From assembly GCA_965249135.1 (NCBI GenBank), contig OZ252220.1, forward strand, positions 1,280,001-1,344,000: DNA of 64,000 bases, read 5' to 3'. The notes under the pieces are model-generated. The model did no database searches and was not told the DNA's origin. It saw only the letters and a program-made list of their open reading frames with translations. Positions within the stretch are counted from its first letter, which is position 1. Every line of letters begins with the position of its first letter. Below are positions 29,449 to 39,528 of this stretch, piece by piece. A program made the translations under genes and the position numbers. Origin of the DNA: Alphaproteobacteria bacterium (GTDB lineage: Bacteria; Pseudomonadota; Alphaproteobacteria; GCA-2746255).

Positions 29449-30785
29449 GGCGTGAGCCCCTTCAGGCCAGCGAGAAGGGCTTCCATGTCACCTTCTTTCG
29501 TTAACTCCGTCACCGCCACGAGCAGATGGTTCGCGATCTCCTTTTCGCCTGGGTAAAGGCGCGACAATGGAACGCCTGCGAGCAACCGGCGTTCCGCCAA
29601 GCGGTCGACGGCTTCGGCGGCGGCAACGGGAAGGCGGACGGTGAACTCGTTGAAGAAGGCCGGCGTCACAATTTCGATATCCGGCAGCTTCTCAAGTTTT
29701 TCGGCAAGCAAAACCGCCTTTTCGTGATTGATCAAGGCCAGGCGGCGCAAGCCTTCCTCGCCAAGCAGGGCCGCATGCACGGTAAAGGCGAGCGCGCAAA
29801 GGCCGGAATTCGTGCAGATGTTGCTGGTCGCCTTTTCGCGGCGGATATGCTGCTCCCGCGTGGAAAGGGTAAGCACCCAGCCGCGCCTGCCGTCGACGTC
29901 CACCGTCTCACCGCAAAGCCTTCCCGGCATCTGACGGACGAACCTCTCGCGAGACGCCAAGAGGCCGACGGTCGGTCCGCCGAAATTGAGCGCATTGCCG
30001 AAGGACTGGCCCTCGGCGGCGACAATATCGGCCCCCATCTCGCCCGGGCTTTTGATCGCGCCCAAGGAAAGCGCCTCCGTAACGACGGCGATCAACAACG
30101 CGCCCTGCGCCTCGCAGGCCGCGGAAATCTCGCTTAAGTCTCTGATATTTCCGAAGAAATCAGGGTTCTGGACGACGACGCAGGCGGTCTCGGGACCGAT
30201 CTTGGGTTTGAGCACCTCGCCTCCTTCTACTTTAAGCGGCAGCGTCTCGATGTCACCGCCGCGGACAAGCGTGCTTGCCACGTCCCGGTAGTGGGGATGC
30301 AGGCCGCCGGAAAGGAGCACGCGATCGCGCCGCGTCACCCGCCTTGCCATCAGGATCGCCTCGGCCGTGGCGGTTGCCCCGTCGTACATGGAAGCGTTCG
30401 CCACCTCCATTCCGGTGAGAAGGGCCACCTGGGTCTGGAATTCGAAAAGCGTTTGCAGCGTGCCTTGGGAAATTTCCGGCTGATAGGGCGTGTAGGCGGT
30501 AAGGAACTCGCCACGCTGAATCAAATGATCGACGGCGGCCGGCACGAAATGGCGATAAAGACCGGCGCCGAGAAAACTCGGCACGGAACCCGCATCCATG
30601 TTCTTCGAGGCAAGGTCCGAAAGGATCCGTTCGACTTCCATCTCCCCCAAATGATCGGGAAGATCGAGCGGACCCGAAAGCCGAGCCTGCTTCGGCACGT
30701 CGACAAAGAGATCGTCAACGGAATTCGCACCGATCGTTTCCAGCATCTTCTGACGGTCCTTGTCCGTCAGCGGCAGGTAACGCAT
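29445..30785 (-). CDS. gcvPA: Glycine dehydrogenase subunit 1
   Basis: [35 protein letters not shown]. Confidence 0.97.
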   Translation of the reverse strand: MRYLPLTDKDRQKMLETIGANSVDDLFVDVPKQARLSGPLDLPDHLGEMEVERILSDLASKNMDAGSVPSFLGAGLYRHFVPAAVDHLIQRGEFLTAYTPYQPEISQGTLQTLFEFQTQVALLTGMEVANASMYDGATATAEAILMARRVTRRDRVLLSGGLHPHYRDVASTLVRGGDIETLPLKVEGGEVLKPKIGPETACVVVQNPDFFGNIRDLSEISAACEAQGALLIAVVTEALSLGAIKSPGEMGADIVAAEGQSFGNALNFGGPTVGLLASRERFVRQMPGRLCGETVDVDGRRGWVLTLSTREQHIRREKATSNICTNSGLCALAFTVHAALLGEEGLRRLALINHEKAVLLAEKLEKLPDIEIVTPAFFNEFTVRLPVAAAEAVDRLAERRLLAGVPLSRLYPGEKEIANHLLVAVTELTKEGDMEALLAGLKGLTP

Positions 30786-31162
30786 CAGGCGATTTCCTTC
30801 AGGTAAGCCTCATAGGAAGCCGCATCCATCAAGGAATCATAAGCGCCGGGATCGGTGAGCCTTAGTTTCAGGAACCACCCTTTGCCGGTCGGATCTGCGT
30901 TCACAAGCGCCGGTTCGGACTGCAGTTCTTCATTCACCTCGACGATTTCACCAGCCAAAGGTGCGTAGACCTCGCTTGCCGCCTTCACGGATTCGATGAC
31001 GGCTGCCTCTTCGCCCACACGTACGGTCTTGCCCGGCTCTGGCAATTCGACGAAGACGATGTCACCGAGCTGTTCCTGGGCGTAATTCGTGATTCCGACG
31101 GTCGCAACCTCGCCATCCAGGCGGGCCCATTCGTGGTCCTTCGTGTAACGCAATTCGCTCAT
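30785..31162 (-). CDS. gcvH: Glycine cleavage system H protein
   Basis: [24 protein letters not shown] lipoyl lysine. Confidence 0.97.
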   Translation of the reverse strand: MSELRYTKDHEWARLDGEVATVGITNYAQEQLGDIVFVELPEPGKTVRVGEEAAVIESVKAASEVYAPLAGEIVEVNEELQSEPALVNADPTGKGWFLKLRLTDPGAYDSLMDAASYEAYLKEIA

Positions 31163-31181
31163 GCCTCAACCCCCTCACCCG

Positions 31182-32291
31182 TCAGCCCTTGTAGTAACGC
31201 GTCGCAACGAAGGGAAGCTTCGCAACCCGTGCCGCGAGTGCGCGGCCCCGAAGCAGAATTTCGACCTCCGTGCCTGCCGCCGCAAACGGCGCTTTAACAT
31301 ACCCCATTGCGATCGGTCCCTCCACGGTGGGGCCAAAACCGCCGCTGGTCACGGTGCCTACTTTCCGTCCTTCCACGGATCGCACTTCCGCACCCTCGCG
31401 GACCGGTGCACGGCCGCTGGGCCGAAGGCCGACCCGGCGGCGGCTTGCGCCCTCGGCCAATTCGCGTTTGACGATGTCGGCGCCCGGATAGCCCCCGTCC
31501 GCGCGCCGGCGCTTGGAAAGCGTCCAGGTGAGCCCTGCCTCGACCACCGTCGTCGCCGGATCGAGATCGTGGCCGTAAAGGCAAAGCCCCGCCTCCAGCC
31601 GCAGGCTGTCCCGGGCGCCGAGGCCGGCGGGTGCTACCTCCGGCTCGCCCAGCAATGCTTCTGCGACCCCTTCCGCCTGATCGGGGGCAAGCGAAATCTC
31701 GAACCCGTCCTCGCCGGTGTAGCCGGAGCGCGTGACGAACGCGTCCGCGCCGGCAATCGAAAACGTCTCGGCCGAAAGATAGGGCATGCGTGCGCAGCCC
31801 TCGGCGAAACGGGCAAGTACGGAGGCGGCGCGAGGCCCCTGAAGGGCGAGAAGGGCGCGGCCTTCAAGATAGGTCACCCTGTCCGGGCCTAGATGGGCTC
31901 GCAAATGGGCAAGATCGGACGCCTTCGGGCCGGCATTGATGACGAGCTGCCAATCCTCGGGCCCATGGATGACCATCAAATCATCGAGGATGCCGGCGGC
32001 CTCATTCGTGAGAAGCGTGTAGCGCATACGCCCCTCGGCAAGGGTCAGAAGGTCCCCCGGCACCAGGCGTTCGAGGGCACGGGCCGGGTCGTCGCCACGA
32101 ACGATCACCTGGCCGAGATGGGAAACGTCGAAGAGGGAGGCTTGGTTTCGCGTGTGCCGATGTTCGGCCAAGATTCCGGTTTCGTACTGGACGGGAAGCT
32201 CGAAGCCGGCGAAGGCAACCATCTTGCCGCCCACTTTAAGATGAAGCGCATGAAGTGGCGTTCGAAGAAGATCCGCCGCCTTTGCCGTCAC
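31182..32291 (-). CDS. gcvT: Glycine cleavage system aminomethyltransferase T
   Basis: FDVSHLG, RSGYTGEDGFE, GARDSLRLEAG. Confidence 0.97.
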   Translation of the reverse strand: MTAKAADLLRTPLHALHLKVGGKMVAFAGFELPVQYETGILAEHRHTRNQASLFDVSHLGQVIVRGDDPARALERLVPGDLLTLAEGRMRYTLLTNEAAGILDDLMVIHGPEDWQLVINAGPKASDLAHLRAHLGPDRVTYLEGRALLALQGPRAASVLARFAEGCARMPYLSAETFSIAGADAFVTRSGYTGEDGFEISLAPDQAEGVAEALLGEPEVAPAGLGARDSLRLEAGLCLYGHDLDPATTVVEAGLTWTLSKRRRADGGYPGADIVKRELAEGASRRRVGLRPSGRAPVREGAEVRSVEGRKVGTVTSGGFGPTVEGPIAMGYVKAPFAAAGTEVEILLRGRALAARVAKLPFVATRYYKG

Positions 32292-32303
32292 GATCGCGTC
32301 TGC

Positions 32304-32885
32304 CTATCTTCGGCCATACCACCGACGGTTATACTCAAGCTCGGCGTGACTCAGTTGAAAACCGACGAAGACGGAGTAGTCGCCGCCGTTTTTTCCGGGG
32401 GCCAAGGGAATGCGTTGTTTCAACTTTTCCCTCCAGGCGGTGGCATTGGCGCCTGCCGGTATCTTCGGCGTCGTGCGAAGGTTTTCCTTCGAAATCACCA
32501 CGCGACGGCGATCCGTCACGCCGACGAAATAGTTGATTTCCGGATCCTTCCCCTGGTAGGCCGGGCCACGGGCGGTGACGAATTCAAGTTCGAGATCGAC
32601 GATGACGACGTCCCCGGCCCAGGAACAGTCGCCTTCGATTTCACGGATCTCGCCTTCGTAAAGGACGTCCGTGAGGTCGCCCATGGAACCTTCCTGAAAG
32701 CGGGTAAGACGGGCGGCTTCGGTCAGGATGGAGATGTCCGGACAGGTGGGAATGACGGATTCCGAAACGCCGGTCATGGACTTCGAAACGTCGCTCATGG
32801 TCTCCTTGATGCTGGAGCAGCCGGCGAGAAGCAGGACCAGAAGGGCGGCCAGGAACCCGCCTTGACGAAATCGAAGCACGGTCAC
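32304..32885 (-). CDS. Hypothetical lipoprotein
   Basis: LLAGC lipobox; same strand and tightly spaced with gcvT. Confidence 0.75.
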   Translation of the reverse strand: MTVLRFRQGGFLAALLVLLLAGCSSIKETMSDVSKSMTGVSESVIPTCPDISILTEAARLTRFQEGSMGDLTDVLYEGEIREIEGDCSWAGDVVIVDLELEFVTARGPAYQGKDPEINYFVGVTDRRRVVISKENLRTTPKIPAGANATAWREKLKQRIPLAPGKNGGDYSVFVGFQLSHAELEYNRRWYGRR

Positions 32886-32900
32886 GAGGGCGTTCTCCGG

Positions 32901-33152
32901 CTAATGACCGCTGCACCAAGGCTGGCTGTGATCGCAAAAGGGAGGCTCGCCGGTTGCCTTGCAGCCGCAAAGTTCCGCCCCATCCTCGGCCCCCTCGGGC
33001 GTGAACATAAACGGGGTCATCTCTACTTGCGTATGCGAGCCATCGCAGAAGGGCTGCTTGCCGCTGCGGCCGCAGGTGCACCAGAAATAGGTCCGGCCAC
33101 CTTCAAGATCGACGAGGTAGGGGCCTTCTTTCGCCCGGACGGGTCCTGCCAT
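32901..33152 (-). CDS. CDGSH iron-sulfur domain protein
   Basis: WCTCGRSGKQPFCDGSH and a second LCGCKATGEPPFCDHS motif. Confidence 0.9.
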   Translation of the reverse strand: MAGPVRAKEGPYLVDLEGGRTYFWCTCGRSGKQPFCDGSHTQVEMTPFMFTPEGAEDGAELCGCKATGEPPFCDHSQPWCSGH

Positions 33153-33324
33153 GACGTTTCTCCCCAGGTGAGACTTTTAAAGGCTCATTTTCGGCCTCGA
33201 CTCTAGAGGACTGGCCCTCGTTGCTCAAGGGGTGGAAGAGCGGTTAAGGTGAGCTTGACGCGGATCGATCCAAGAACCAATTCTTTCCGACGCCACTTTT
33301 TCCGACAAACACGTCTTCACTTTC

Positions 33325-34287
33325 ATGGCCGTCTACACCGAAGTATCCGACGAAGATCTTGAAGCGTTCGTCGCCGAATACGATTTAGGGCGCATCGTCG
33401 CCTTCAAAGGCATTGCCGAGGGCGTCGAAAACTCGAACTACCTTCTGCAAATGGATGCGGCGACGTATATCCTGACACTCTATGAAAAGCGCGTCGCACG
33501 CGAAGACCTTCCGTTCTTTCTTGCATTGATGGAACACTTGGCCGTGCACGGCGTTCCCTGCCCGCAACCCATTCACGGCAAGGATGGGAAGGCGCTTCGT
33601 AGTCTCTGCGGAAAACCCGCCGCGATCGTCAGCTTTCTGCAAGGCATGTGGCCACGGCGGATCCTACCGGATCACTGCCGGCTTTTGGGAGGCACGCTGG
33701 CAGCCATGCACCTGGCAGGCGAGCGTTTTTCCGAATCGCGCCCCAACGACCTTGGCCTTAAGGGCTGGGAAAAACTTTTCGGCGCCTGCGAAAAGAAGGC
33801 GGATGGCGTTCGCCAGGGGCTGGCTTTAGAAATCCGCGAGGAACTCGACTCCCTTTCGAAGGATTGGCCCAAGGGCTTGCCGAAGGGAATCATTCACGCC
33901 GATCTTTTTCCGGATAATGTTTTCTTCCTTGGCAACGAACTTTCCGGGTTTATCGACTTCTACTTCGCCTGCAACGATTTCTTCGCCTATGAACTCGCGA
34001 TTTGCCTGAACGCCTGGTGCTTCGAAGTAGACGGCGGCTTTAACATCACGAACGCCGGTCATCTGATCGCGTCCTACCGCGCCGTCAGGCCACTGAAGCC
34101 AGAAGAGGTCGATGCCCTTCCCGTGCTGGCCCGGGGTGCTGCCATGCGCTTTTTGCTGACCCGGCTCTACGACTGGCTCAACCAGGCGGACGGCGCGCTC
34201 GTCAGGCCAAAGGACCCGCTCGAATTCCTGCGCCGTCTGCGCTTCCACAAGGGCGTCGAAAGCCCGGTGGCTTACGGGATCGTTTAA
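33325..34287 (+). CDS. thrB: Homoserine kinase type II
   Basis: [35 protein letters not shown]. Confidence 0.96.
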   Translation: MAVYTEVSDEDLEAFVAEYDLGRIVAFKGIAEGVENSNYLLQMDAATYILTLYEKRVAREDLPFFLALMEHLAVHGVPCPQPIHGKDGKALRSLCGKPAAIVSFLQGMWPRRILPDHCRLLGGTLAAMHLAGERFSESRPNDLGLKGWEKLFGACEKKADGVRQGLALEIREELDSLSKDWPKGLPKGIIHADLFPDNVFFLGNELSGFIDFYFACNDFFAYELAICLNAWCFEVDGGFNITNAGHLIASYRAVRPLKPEEVDALPVLARGAAMRFLLTRLYDWLNQADGALVRPKDPLEFLRRLRFHKGVESPVAYGIV

Positions 34288-34295
34288 GGGAAGGA

Positions 34296-34745
34296 ATGAT
34301 GGAGGAGGTCGTCGACATCTTCACCGATGGGGCGTGCAGCGGCAATCCTGGCCCCGGCGGCTGGGGGGCGATCCTTCGATTCGGGGACAAGACGCGCGAA
34401 ATACACGGTCATGAGGATGCTACGACGAACAACCGGATGGAACTGATGGCGGCGATCCAGGCCATCGAGGCGCTGAACCGCCCGGTGAAGGCGCGGCTAT
34501 ATACGGACAGCACCTACTTAAAGGACGGCATCACCACCTGGCTTGCCAACTGGAAGGCGAAGGGCTGGAAGACGGCGAACCGGAAGCCGGTCAAGAACCA
34601 GGATCTCTGGCAACGCCTGGAGGCGGCGCTCGCCACCCACGAGGTCGAATGGCATTGGGTAAAGGCCCATGCGGGGCACCCCGAAAACGAGCGCGCCGAC
34701 GCGCTTGCCCGCCTCGCGTGCCTTAAGGGTGGAAACGGGGATTAA
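34296..34745 (+). CDS. rnhA: Ribonuclease HI
   Basis: [38 protein letters not shown]. Confidence 0.97.
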   Translation: MMEEVVDIFTDGACSGNPGPGGWGAILRFGDKTREIHGHEDATTNNRMELMAAIQAIEALNRPVKARLYTDSTYLKDGITTWLANWKAKGWKTANRKPVKNQDLWQRLEAALATHEVEWHWVKAHAGHPENERADALARLACLKGGNGD

Positions 34746-34752
34746 CCGCCGG

Positions 34753-35235
34753 CTAGAGCTTGCCGAGGAGGTTTTCGGCGGTGCTGATGTCGAGCCCGGT
34801 GCCTTCTTCGAGCAGAAGATTCTTTACGACGCCATCTTCGACGAGCATCGCGAAGCGCCGCGAACGAAGGCCCATGCCGAATTTGCTGACGTCCCATTCG
34901 AAGCCTGCCGCCTTCGCGAAGTCGGCGTTGCCGTCCGCCAGCATGGCGATCCCGTCGCCGGCGTTTTGCGCCTTGCCCCATGAATCCATCACGAAGGCGT
35001 CGTTCACGGAGATGCAGGCAATCGTATCAACGCCCTTTGCCTTGATCGCATCGGCGTTTTGCACGAAGCCGGGCAGATGCTGGGTCGAGCAGACCGGCGT
35101 GAAGGCCCCCGGCACGCCGACGACAACGACGCGCTTGCCTTTAAAGAACTCATCCGTCGATACCTGCTGAAGCCCGTCCGCCGTCATCTGCTGAAGCGTC
35201 ACCGACGGAACCTTGTCGCCTTCCTTGATCGCCAT
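34753..35235 (-). CDS. Peroxiredoxin (Prx5 type)
   Basis: VPGAFTPVCSTQHLPG, SVNDAFVM. Confidence 0.94.
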   Translation of the reverse strand: MAIKEGDKVPSVTLQQMTADGLQQVSTDEFFKGKRVVVVGVPGAFTPVCSTQHLPGFVQNADAIKAKGVDTIACISVNDAFVMDSWGKAQNAGDGIAMLADGNADFAKAAGFEWDVSKFGMGLRSRRFAMLVEDGVVKNLLLEEGTGLDISTAENLLGKL

Positions 35236-35363
35236 GTCCGTTTCCTCCCACTCTCGCGTGTGCGTCTCGCGCGAGATCGCGGTTTCAGATGCCTTTAAGT
35301 TAAAGGGAATGGGGCGGGGATTTCACCCCCAATTTCCATGCGGGTTTAAGAGGACGGCCGCCG

Positions 35364-37532
35364 CTATTCCGTGCCTTCCGCCTTCTTCATGGCTTCGAGC
35401 ACGGACGCTCGCGTCAGCAGCTCGGGCAAGGGGATGCCGGTGGGGGCGGCCGGGCCATAGACGACATCGAAGGGGATCCCGAAACGGCCGAATTGGGCGA
35501 GATAGTCGGCGATTTGCTCATTGGGGCGCGTCCAGTCGGCCCGCATGGCCACCACATTCGTACCCGAAAGGCGTTCCAAGACCCTCCCCCGGTCGAGGAC
35601 CAGCGTCTTGTTGGCCTGGCAGGTGATGCACCATTTTGCCGTGACGTCGACGAAGACGAGCTTGCCATCGGCGACCAGGGTCGGGATCAAGACGACATCG
35701 AAGGGACGCCAAAGCGCATCTTCGGGGGCGGGGCTTTGCGTCGGCGCTTCGGCCGATGGCACGGGCGCCGTCAACGTCAGCGCGAAGGGCAGCAGCAGGA
35801 AGGCCGCGACGAGCGCACCAAGCAACGCCCGGGCCTTGGGGAAGCGCGCCCGTAGACCGGTCGCAAGGAGAAGACCGGCCATCAGGATGCCGACCGCGAG
35901 ACTGGTGCGTTCTCCCATCTCGCCGGCGAAGACCGTGAGCAGCCAGAGCGCCGTTGCCAGAAGGGCTGCCCCCAGAACGCGGCGCAGGATCGCCATCCAG
36001 GGGCCCGGTTTGGGAAGGCGTGTCGCAAGGCCCGGGAAGCCGGCGACGAGCAGGTAGGGGAGCGCCAGGCCGAGGCCCAAGGCGGTAAAGATCCCATAGA
36101 TCTCGAGCGGTCCCCGGGAAAGCGCAAACCCGATCGAGGTCCCGAGGAAAGGCGCCGAACAAGGCGTGGCAAGGGCGGTCGCGAAAATGCCGGTCAGGAA
36201 ATGGCCGACCATCCCTTCGCCGCCTCGGCCGGCGAGCATGGTTGCAAGGCCGCTTGGCAGCCGGATCTCGAAAAAGCCCCACAGATTGGCCGCAAAGAGG
36301 GTCAGCACGACGACCATGAGAAGAAGGAAGAGGGGTGCTTGAAACTGGAAGCCCCAACCGACGGCATGGCCTGCCCCGCGCAGCAGTGCGATCGTGGTGG
36401 CGAGCACAAGAAAGGCAAAAAGGATGCCTGCCGCCGAAGCCAGGAAGTTTTTCCGCACCACCGCGCTTGGCGCGCCGCCATGGCTTGCGATGGTGAGCAG
36501 TTTCAAGGAAAGCACCGGCAGCACACAGGGCATCAGGTTGAGGATGAGGCCGCCAAGGACGGCGAACAGGAGGATGGCGGCAAGGGTTTCGGGCCCAAGC
36601 GCGGAGGCGGAAGCGGGTGTTATGGGAAGGGTGCGCTCAATGGCACGCAAATTCGCTCCCTTCACCCCATCGACGAGGGTGAAGCGCAAATTCTGACCCA
36701 GGAGTGCTGCCTCCTTCGGCGGAACACCGCCGGGCCCTTCGACGGCTAGGTGAAAGATGGCGCGCCGCTTGGCTGCCCAGAAACGAATGTCGGGGGCACC
36801 GAAGAAAGTCCCTTCCGCGCCTTCGACGTAGAGGTCCGGCGAACGGAAGGGGGCTTCCGCCCGGCCGATGACGGAAAGAAGGCCGGAGGCTTCCGCATAT
36901 TCCGCGCGCGCGATGGCAAGGCCTCCACGCGCGCCCTCGCCGGGCACGCGGGCAAGGGCGCGCGCGATCGCCGCGCGCGCGCGCGAGGCGGCACCCGCCG
37001 CCAAGCCTGCTTCGGCAAGGTCGAGGGCGAGTTTCGCCTCGCCCGGAATGCAGATTTCGTCGCAGACGAGGTAGGTGACCTTGGCACGCAGTTCCGTGCG
37101 CTGTTTTACGTCCTCAAGGCGTGCCCGAATGGGGAACACGACCCGATCGTGGTAGCCAAGCATCTCCAGCCCCAGCACGCGGAACCGTTGCGGAGCCGGC
37201 CAGAGGAGCGAAGGGGATTGCAGGTTTTGCGAGCCGGACCAGTCCAGCTCCGGTGGATAACCGGCATCCCCCGGCGAACGCCAGTAGACCTTCCAGCCGG
37301 GCAACAATTCGAATTCGAGCCCAAGGAGAAGGTGGCTTGCATCGTCTTTCTCGGGACCGCCTGCGAGCAGCCTGAGACGCGCCGGACGCGCGTGCGCATC
37401 GAGCGGCGCCTCGCTCGTCCAGGACGACGTCGTAGCCATACTCACATTCGGCTTTGCTGCTAAAAGCCAGACGCCGCAAGCGAGCAGACCCACAAAAAGG
37501 AACCGCCGCCGAGCTTCGATCCAGGTGAACAT
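35364..37532 (-). CDS. DsbD-family protein-disulfide reductase (N-terminal domain, TM domain, thioredoxin domain); start uncertain
   Basis: GWKVYWRSPGDAG, CDEICIP, LNLMPCVLPV, ATPCSAPF, WCITC. Confidence 0.92.
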   Translation of the reverse strand: MFTWIEARRRFLFVGLLACGVWLLAAKPNVSMATTSSWTSEAPLDAHARPARLRLLAGGPEKDDASHLLLGLEFELLPGWKVYWRSPGDAGYPPELDWSGSQNLQSPSLLWPAPQRFRVLGLEMLGYHDRVVFPIRARLEDVKQRTELRAKVTYLVCDEICIPGEAKLALDLAEAGLAAGAASRARAAIARALARVPGEGARGGLAIARAEYAEASGLLSVIGRAEAPFRSPDLYVEGAEGTFFGAPDIRFWAAKRRAIFHLAVEGPGGVPPKEAALLGQNLRFTLVDGVKGANLRAIERTLPITPASASALGPETLAAILLFAVLGGLILNLMPCVLPVLSLKLLTIASHGGAPSAVVRKNFLASAAGILFAFLVLATTIALLRGAGHAVGWGFQFQAPLFLLLMVVVLTLFAANLWGFFEIRLPSGLATMLAGRGGEGMVGHFLTGIFATALATPCSAPFLGTSIGFALSRGPLEIYGIFTALGLGLALPYLLVAGFPGLATRLPKPGPWMAILRRVLGAALLATALWLLTVFAGEMGERTSLAVGILMAGLLLATGLRARFPKARALLGALVAAFLLLPFALTLTAPVPSAEAPTQSPAPEDALWRPFDVVLIPTLVADGKLVFVDVTAKWCITCQANKTLVLDRGRVLERLSGTNVVAMRADWTRPNEQIADYLAQFGRFGIPFDVVYGPAAPTGIPLPELLTRASVLEAMKKAEGTE

Positions 37533-37655
37533 TGGAACCATTTTAACGCAATATAGGGCTTGAAAATCTTCCGATCGCAAGGATTCCTGCGGTTCACGAA
37601 AGTTTTATGCCCCCGGTAAGCTTGCGTTTACCCAATGGCGCCCAAACTATAGTCT

Positions 37656-38234
37656 ATGGAAGTGATGGAATCGACATCCCAGGGTTACCTGGTGGGTCAA
37701 CTCCTAATCGCGACCCCCCAGATTCAAGACCCGCGTTTCTCGCGGACCGTCGTTTACTTATGTGCGCATGGTCCGGAAGGCGCGATGGGGCTGGTCGTCA
37801 ACCGGCGGATCGGCATCGCGCCCCTGCCGGACCTGCTTGAACAACTTGGGATCGACGCGCTCACCGAGGGTAAGGACATCAGCCTATTCTTCGGCGGTCC
37901 CGTCGAATCCGAGCGCGGCTTCGTCCTTCATTCGGCGGAGTATCAACAGGACAGCACGCTGCGAATCGATTCGAACGTCGCATTGACGGCATCCGCCGAA
38001 ATTCTTAGAGACATCGCGGAAGGCCGCGGACCACGGAAAAGCATGGTCGCACTTGGTTACGCCGGATGGGCCCCCGGCCAGTTGGAAACCGAGATCAGGG
38101 GCAATGGCTGGCTGCACGCCTCGGCGGACGAGCTGTTGATCTTCGATGAAGATCTCGAGACGAAGTGGGAAATGGCGCTGGCGAAGATCGGCGTCGATTG
38201 GGGCATGCTTTCCGGTGAAGTTGGCAACGCCTAA
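37656..38234 (+). CDS. YqgE/AlgH family protein
   Basis: DPRFSRTVVYLC, GGPVE, GYAGWAPGQLE. Confidence 0.93.
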   Translation: MEVMESTSQGYLVGQLLIATPQIQDPRFSRTVVYLCAHGPEGAMGLVVNRRIGIAPLPDLLEQLGIDALTEGKDISLFFGGPVESERGFVLHSAEYQQDSTLRIDSNVALTASAEILRDIAEGRGPRKSMVALGYAGWAPGQLETEIRGNGWLHASADELLIFDEDLETKWEMALAKIGVDWGMLSGEVGNA

Positions 38235-38271
38235 ACCACGCTTTTTCTTCCAACCCCACTAGACGACGCGA

Positions 38272-39528
38272 TCAGGAAAAGCGCGCCTCGAGCCGCTCGA
38301 AGTCCTCGAGCGCGCCGGTCGGGCCGAGCGCGGCAAGGGTCGGCCGGCTTTCGCAAAGCCGGTTCACGACGCGGGAAATGGCCGCGCCTTCGACCGCATC
38401 GATGTGGGCGACGATCTCTTCCGGCGGCAAGGGCCGGCCGAAAACGAGCAGCTGGTTTGCCAGTTGCTCGCAACGCGCGCCTGAGCTTTCCCGCGCCATC
38501 AAAATCCCCGCCTTCAGTTGTGCCTTCGCCCGATCGATCTCTTCTTCTTTCGTTTGCGTAGCCGTCGCCTGGATGGTCTCGACGACGACGGGGAGGAGCT
38601 CGCTTACTTCCTTCGCGCCCGTGCCCGCGTAGATTCCGAACAGCCCGCCGTCGGAATAGAAGGAGGTAAAGCTGTGGATCGAATAGACGAGGCCCCGCTT
38701 CTCGCGAATCTCCTGAAAGAGCCGCGATGACATGCCGCCACCCAAGAGCGTCGTATAGACGGAAAGTGCATAGAAATCAGGGTCGAGATAGCCAAGCCCC
38801 TGAAAGCCAAGGATGAGGTGCAATTGCTCGAGTTCGCGCGCCTCCCGGCTATCGCCGCCGGCATAGCGGGCCGGCTCTAGCGTGGCATCTACCTCCGGCG
38901 CGAGTGCATCGAAGGCCTGGCCTGCCAGCTCGAGGAACTTTTCGTGTTCGACGTCGCCGGCCGCCGCCAGCACCATGCGCGAAGCCCCGTAATTTGCGTT
39001 CAAATAGCCAAGGATCGCCTCGCGCGAAAGATCACGAAGCGTTTCATAAGTCCCCAGCACCGGCCAGCCCATCGGCTGATCCGGGTAGCACGCCGCCTGA
39101 TAGCGGTCGAAGATCGCGTCGTCCGGCGTGTCTTCCGCCTGGCCGATTTCCTGGGAAACGACGGCGCGTTCGCGGGAGAGTTCGACCGCGTCGAAGGTGG
39201 AATGCTGGAGGATGTCCGCCAACAGATCGACGGCAAGGCGTATGTCGGAGCCAAGCACACGCGCATGGTAGGCGGTGTGCTCGCGCGAGGTATAGGCGTT
39301 CAGGCTGCCGCCGACGGCTTCGATCTCCTCGACGATAGCTTTAGCGGACCGCGTCTTCGTTCCCTTGAACGCCATGTGTTCAAGGAGATGGGAAGCCCCG
39401 TTTAGCTTGGCCGTTTCAAAGCGGGTGCCGACGCCCACCCACATGCCGATGGTGGCGCTTTCGACACCTTCCATGCGGTCCGTCGCCACGCGAAGGCCAT
39501 TGGGAAGCGTGGTGACCTCGGCCGTCAT
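38272..39528 (-). CDS. M16-family (pitrilysin-like) zinc peptidase
   Basis: HLLEHMAFKGT (HxxEH), NAYTSRE, GGGMSSRLFQEIRE. Confidence 0.94.
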   Translation of the reverse strand: MTAEVTTLPNGLRVATDRMEGVESATIGMWVGVGTRFETAKLNGASHLLEHMAFKGTKTRSAKAIVEEIEAVGGSLNAYTSREHTAYHARVLGSDIRLAVDLLADILQHSTFDAVELSRERAVVSQEIGQAEDTPDDAIFDRYQAACYPDQPMGWPVLGTYETLRDLSREAILGYLNANYGASRMVLAAAGDVEHEKFLELAGQAFDALAPEVDATLEPARYAGGDSREARELEQLHLILGFQGLGYLDPDFYALSVYTTLLGGGMSSRLFQEIREKRGLVYSIHSFTSFYSDGGLFGIYAGTGAKEVSELLPVVVETIQATATQTKEEEIDRAKAQLKAGILMARESSGARCEQLANQLLVFGRPLPPEEIVAHIDAVEGAAISRVVNRLCESRPTLAALGPTGALEDFERLEARFS

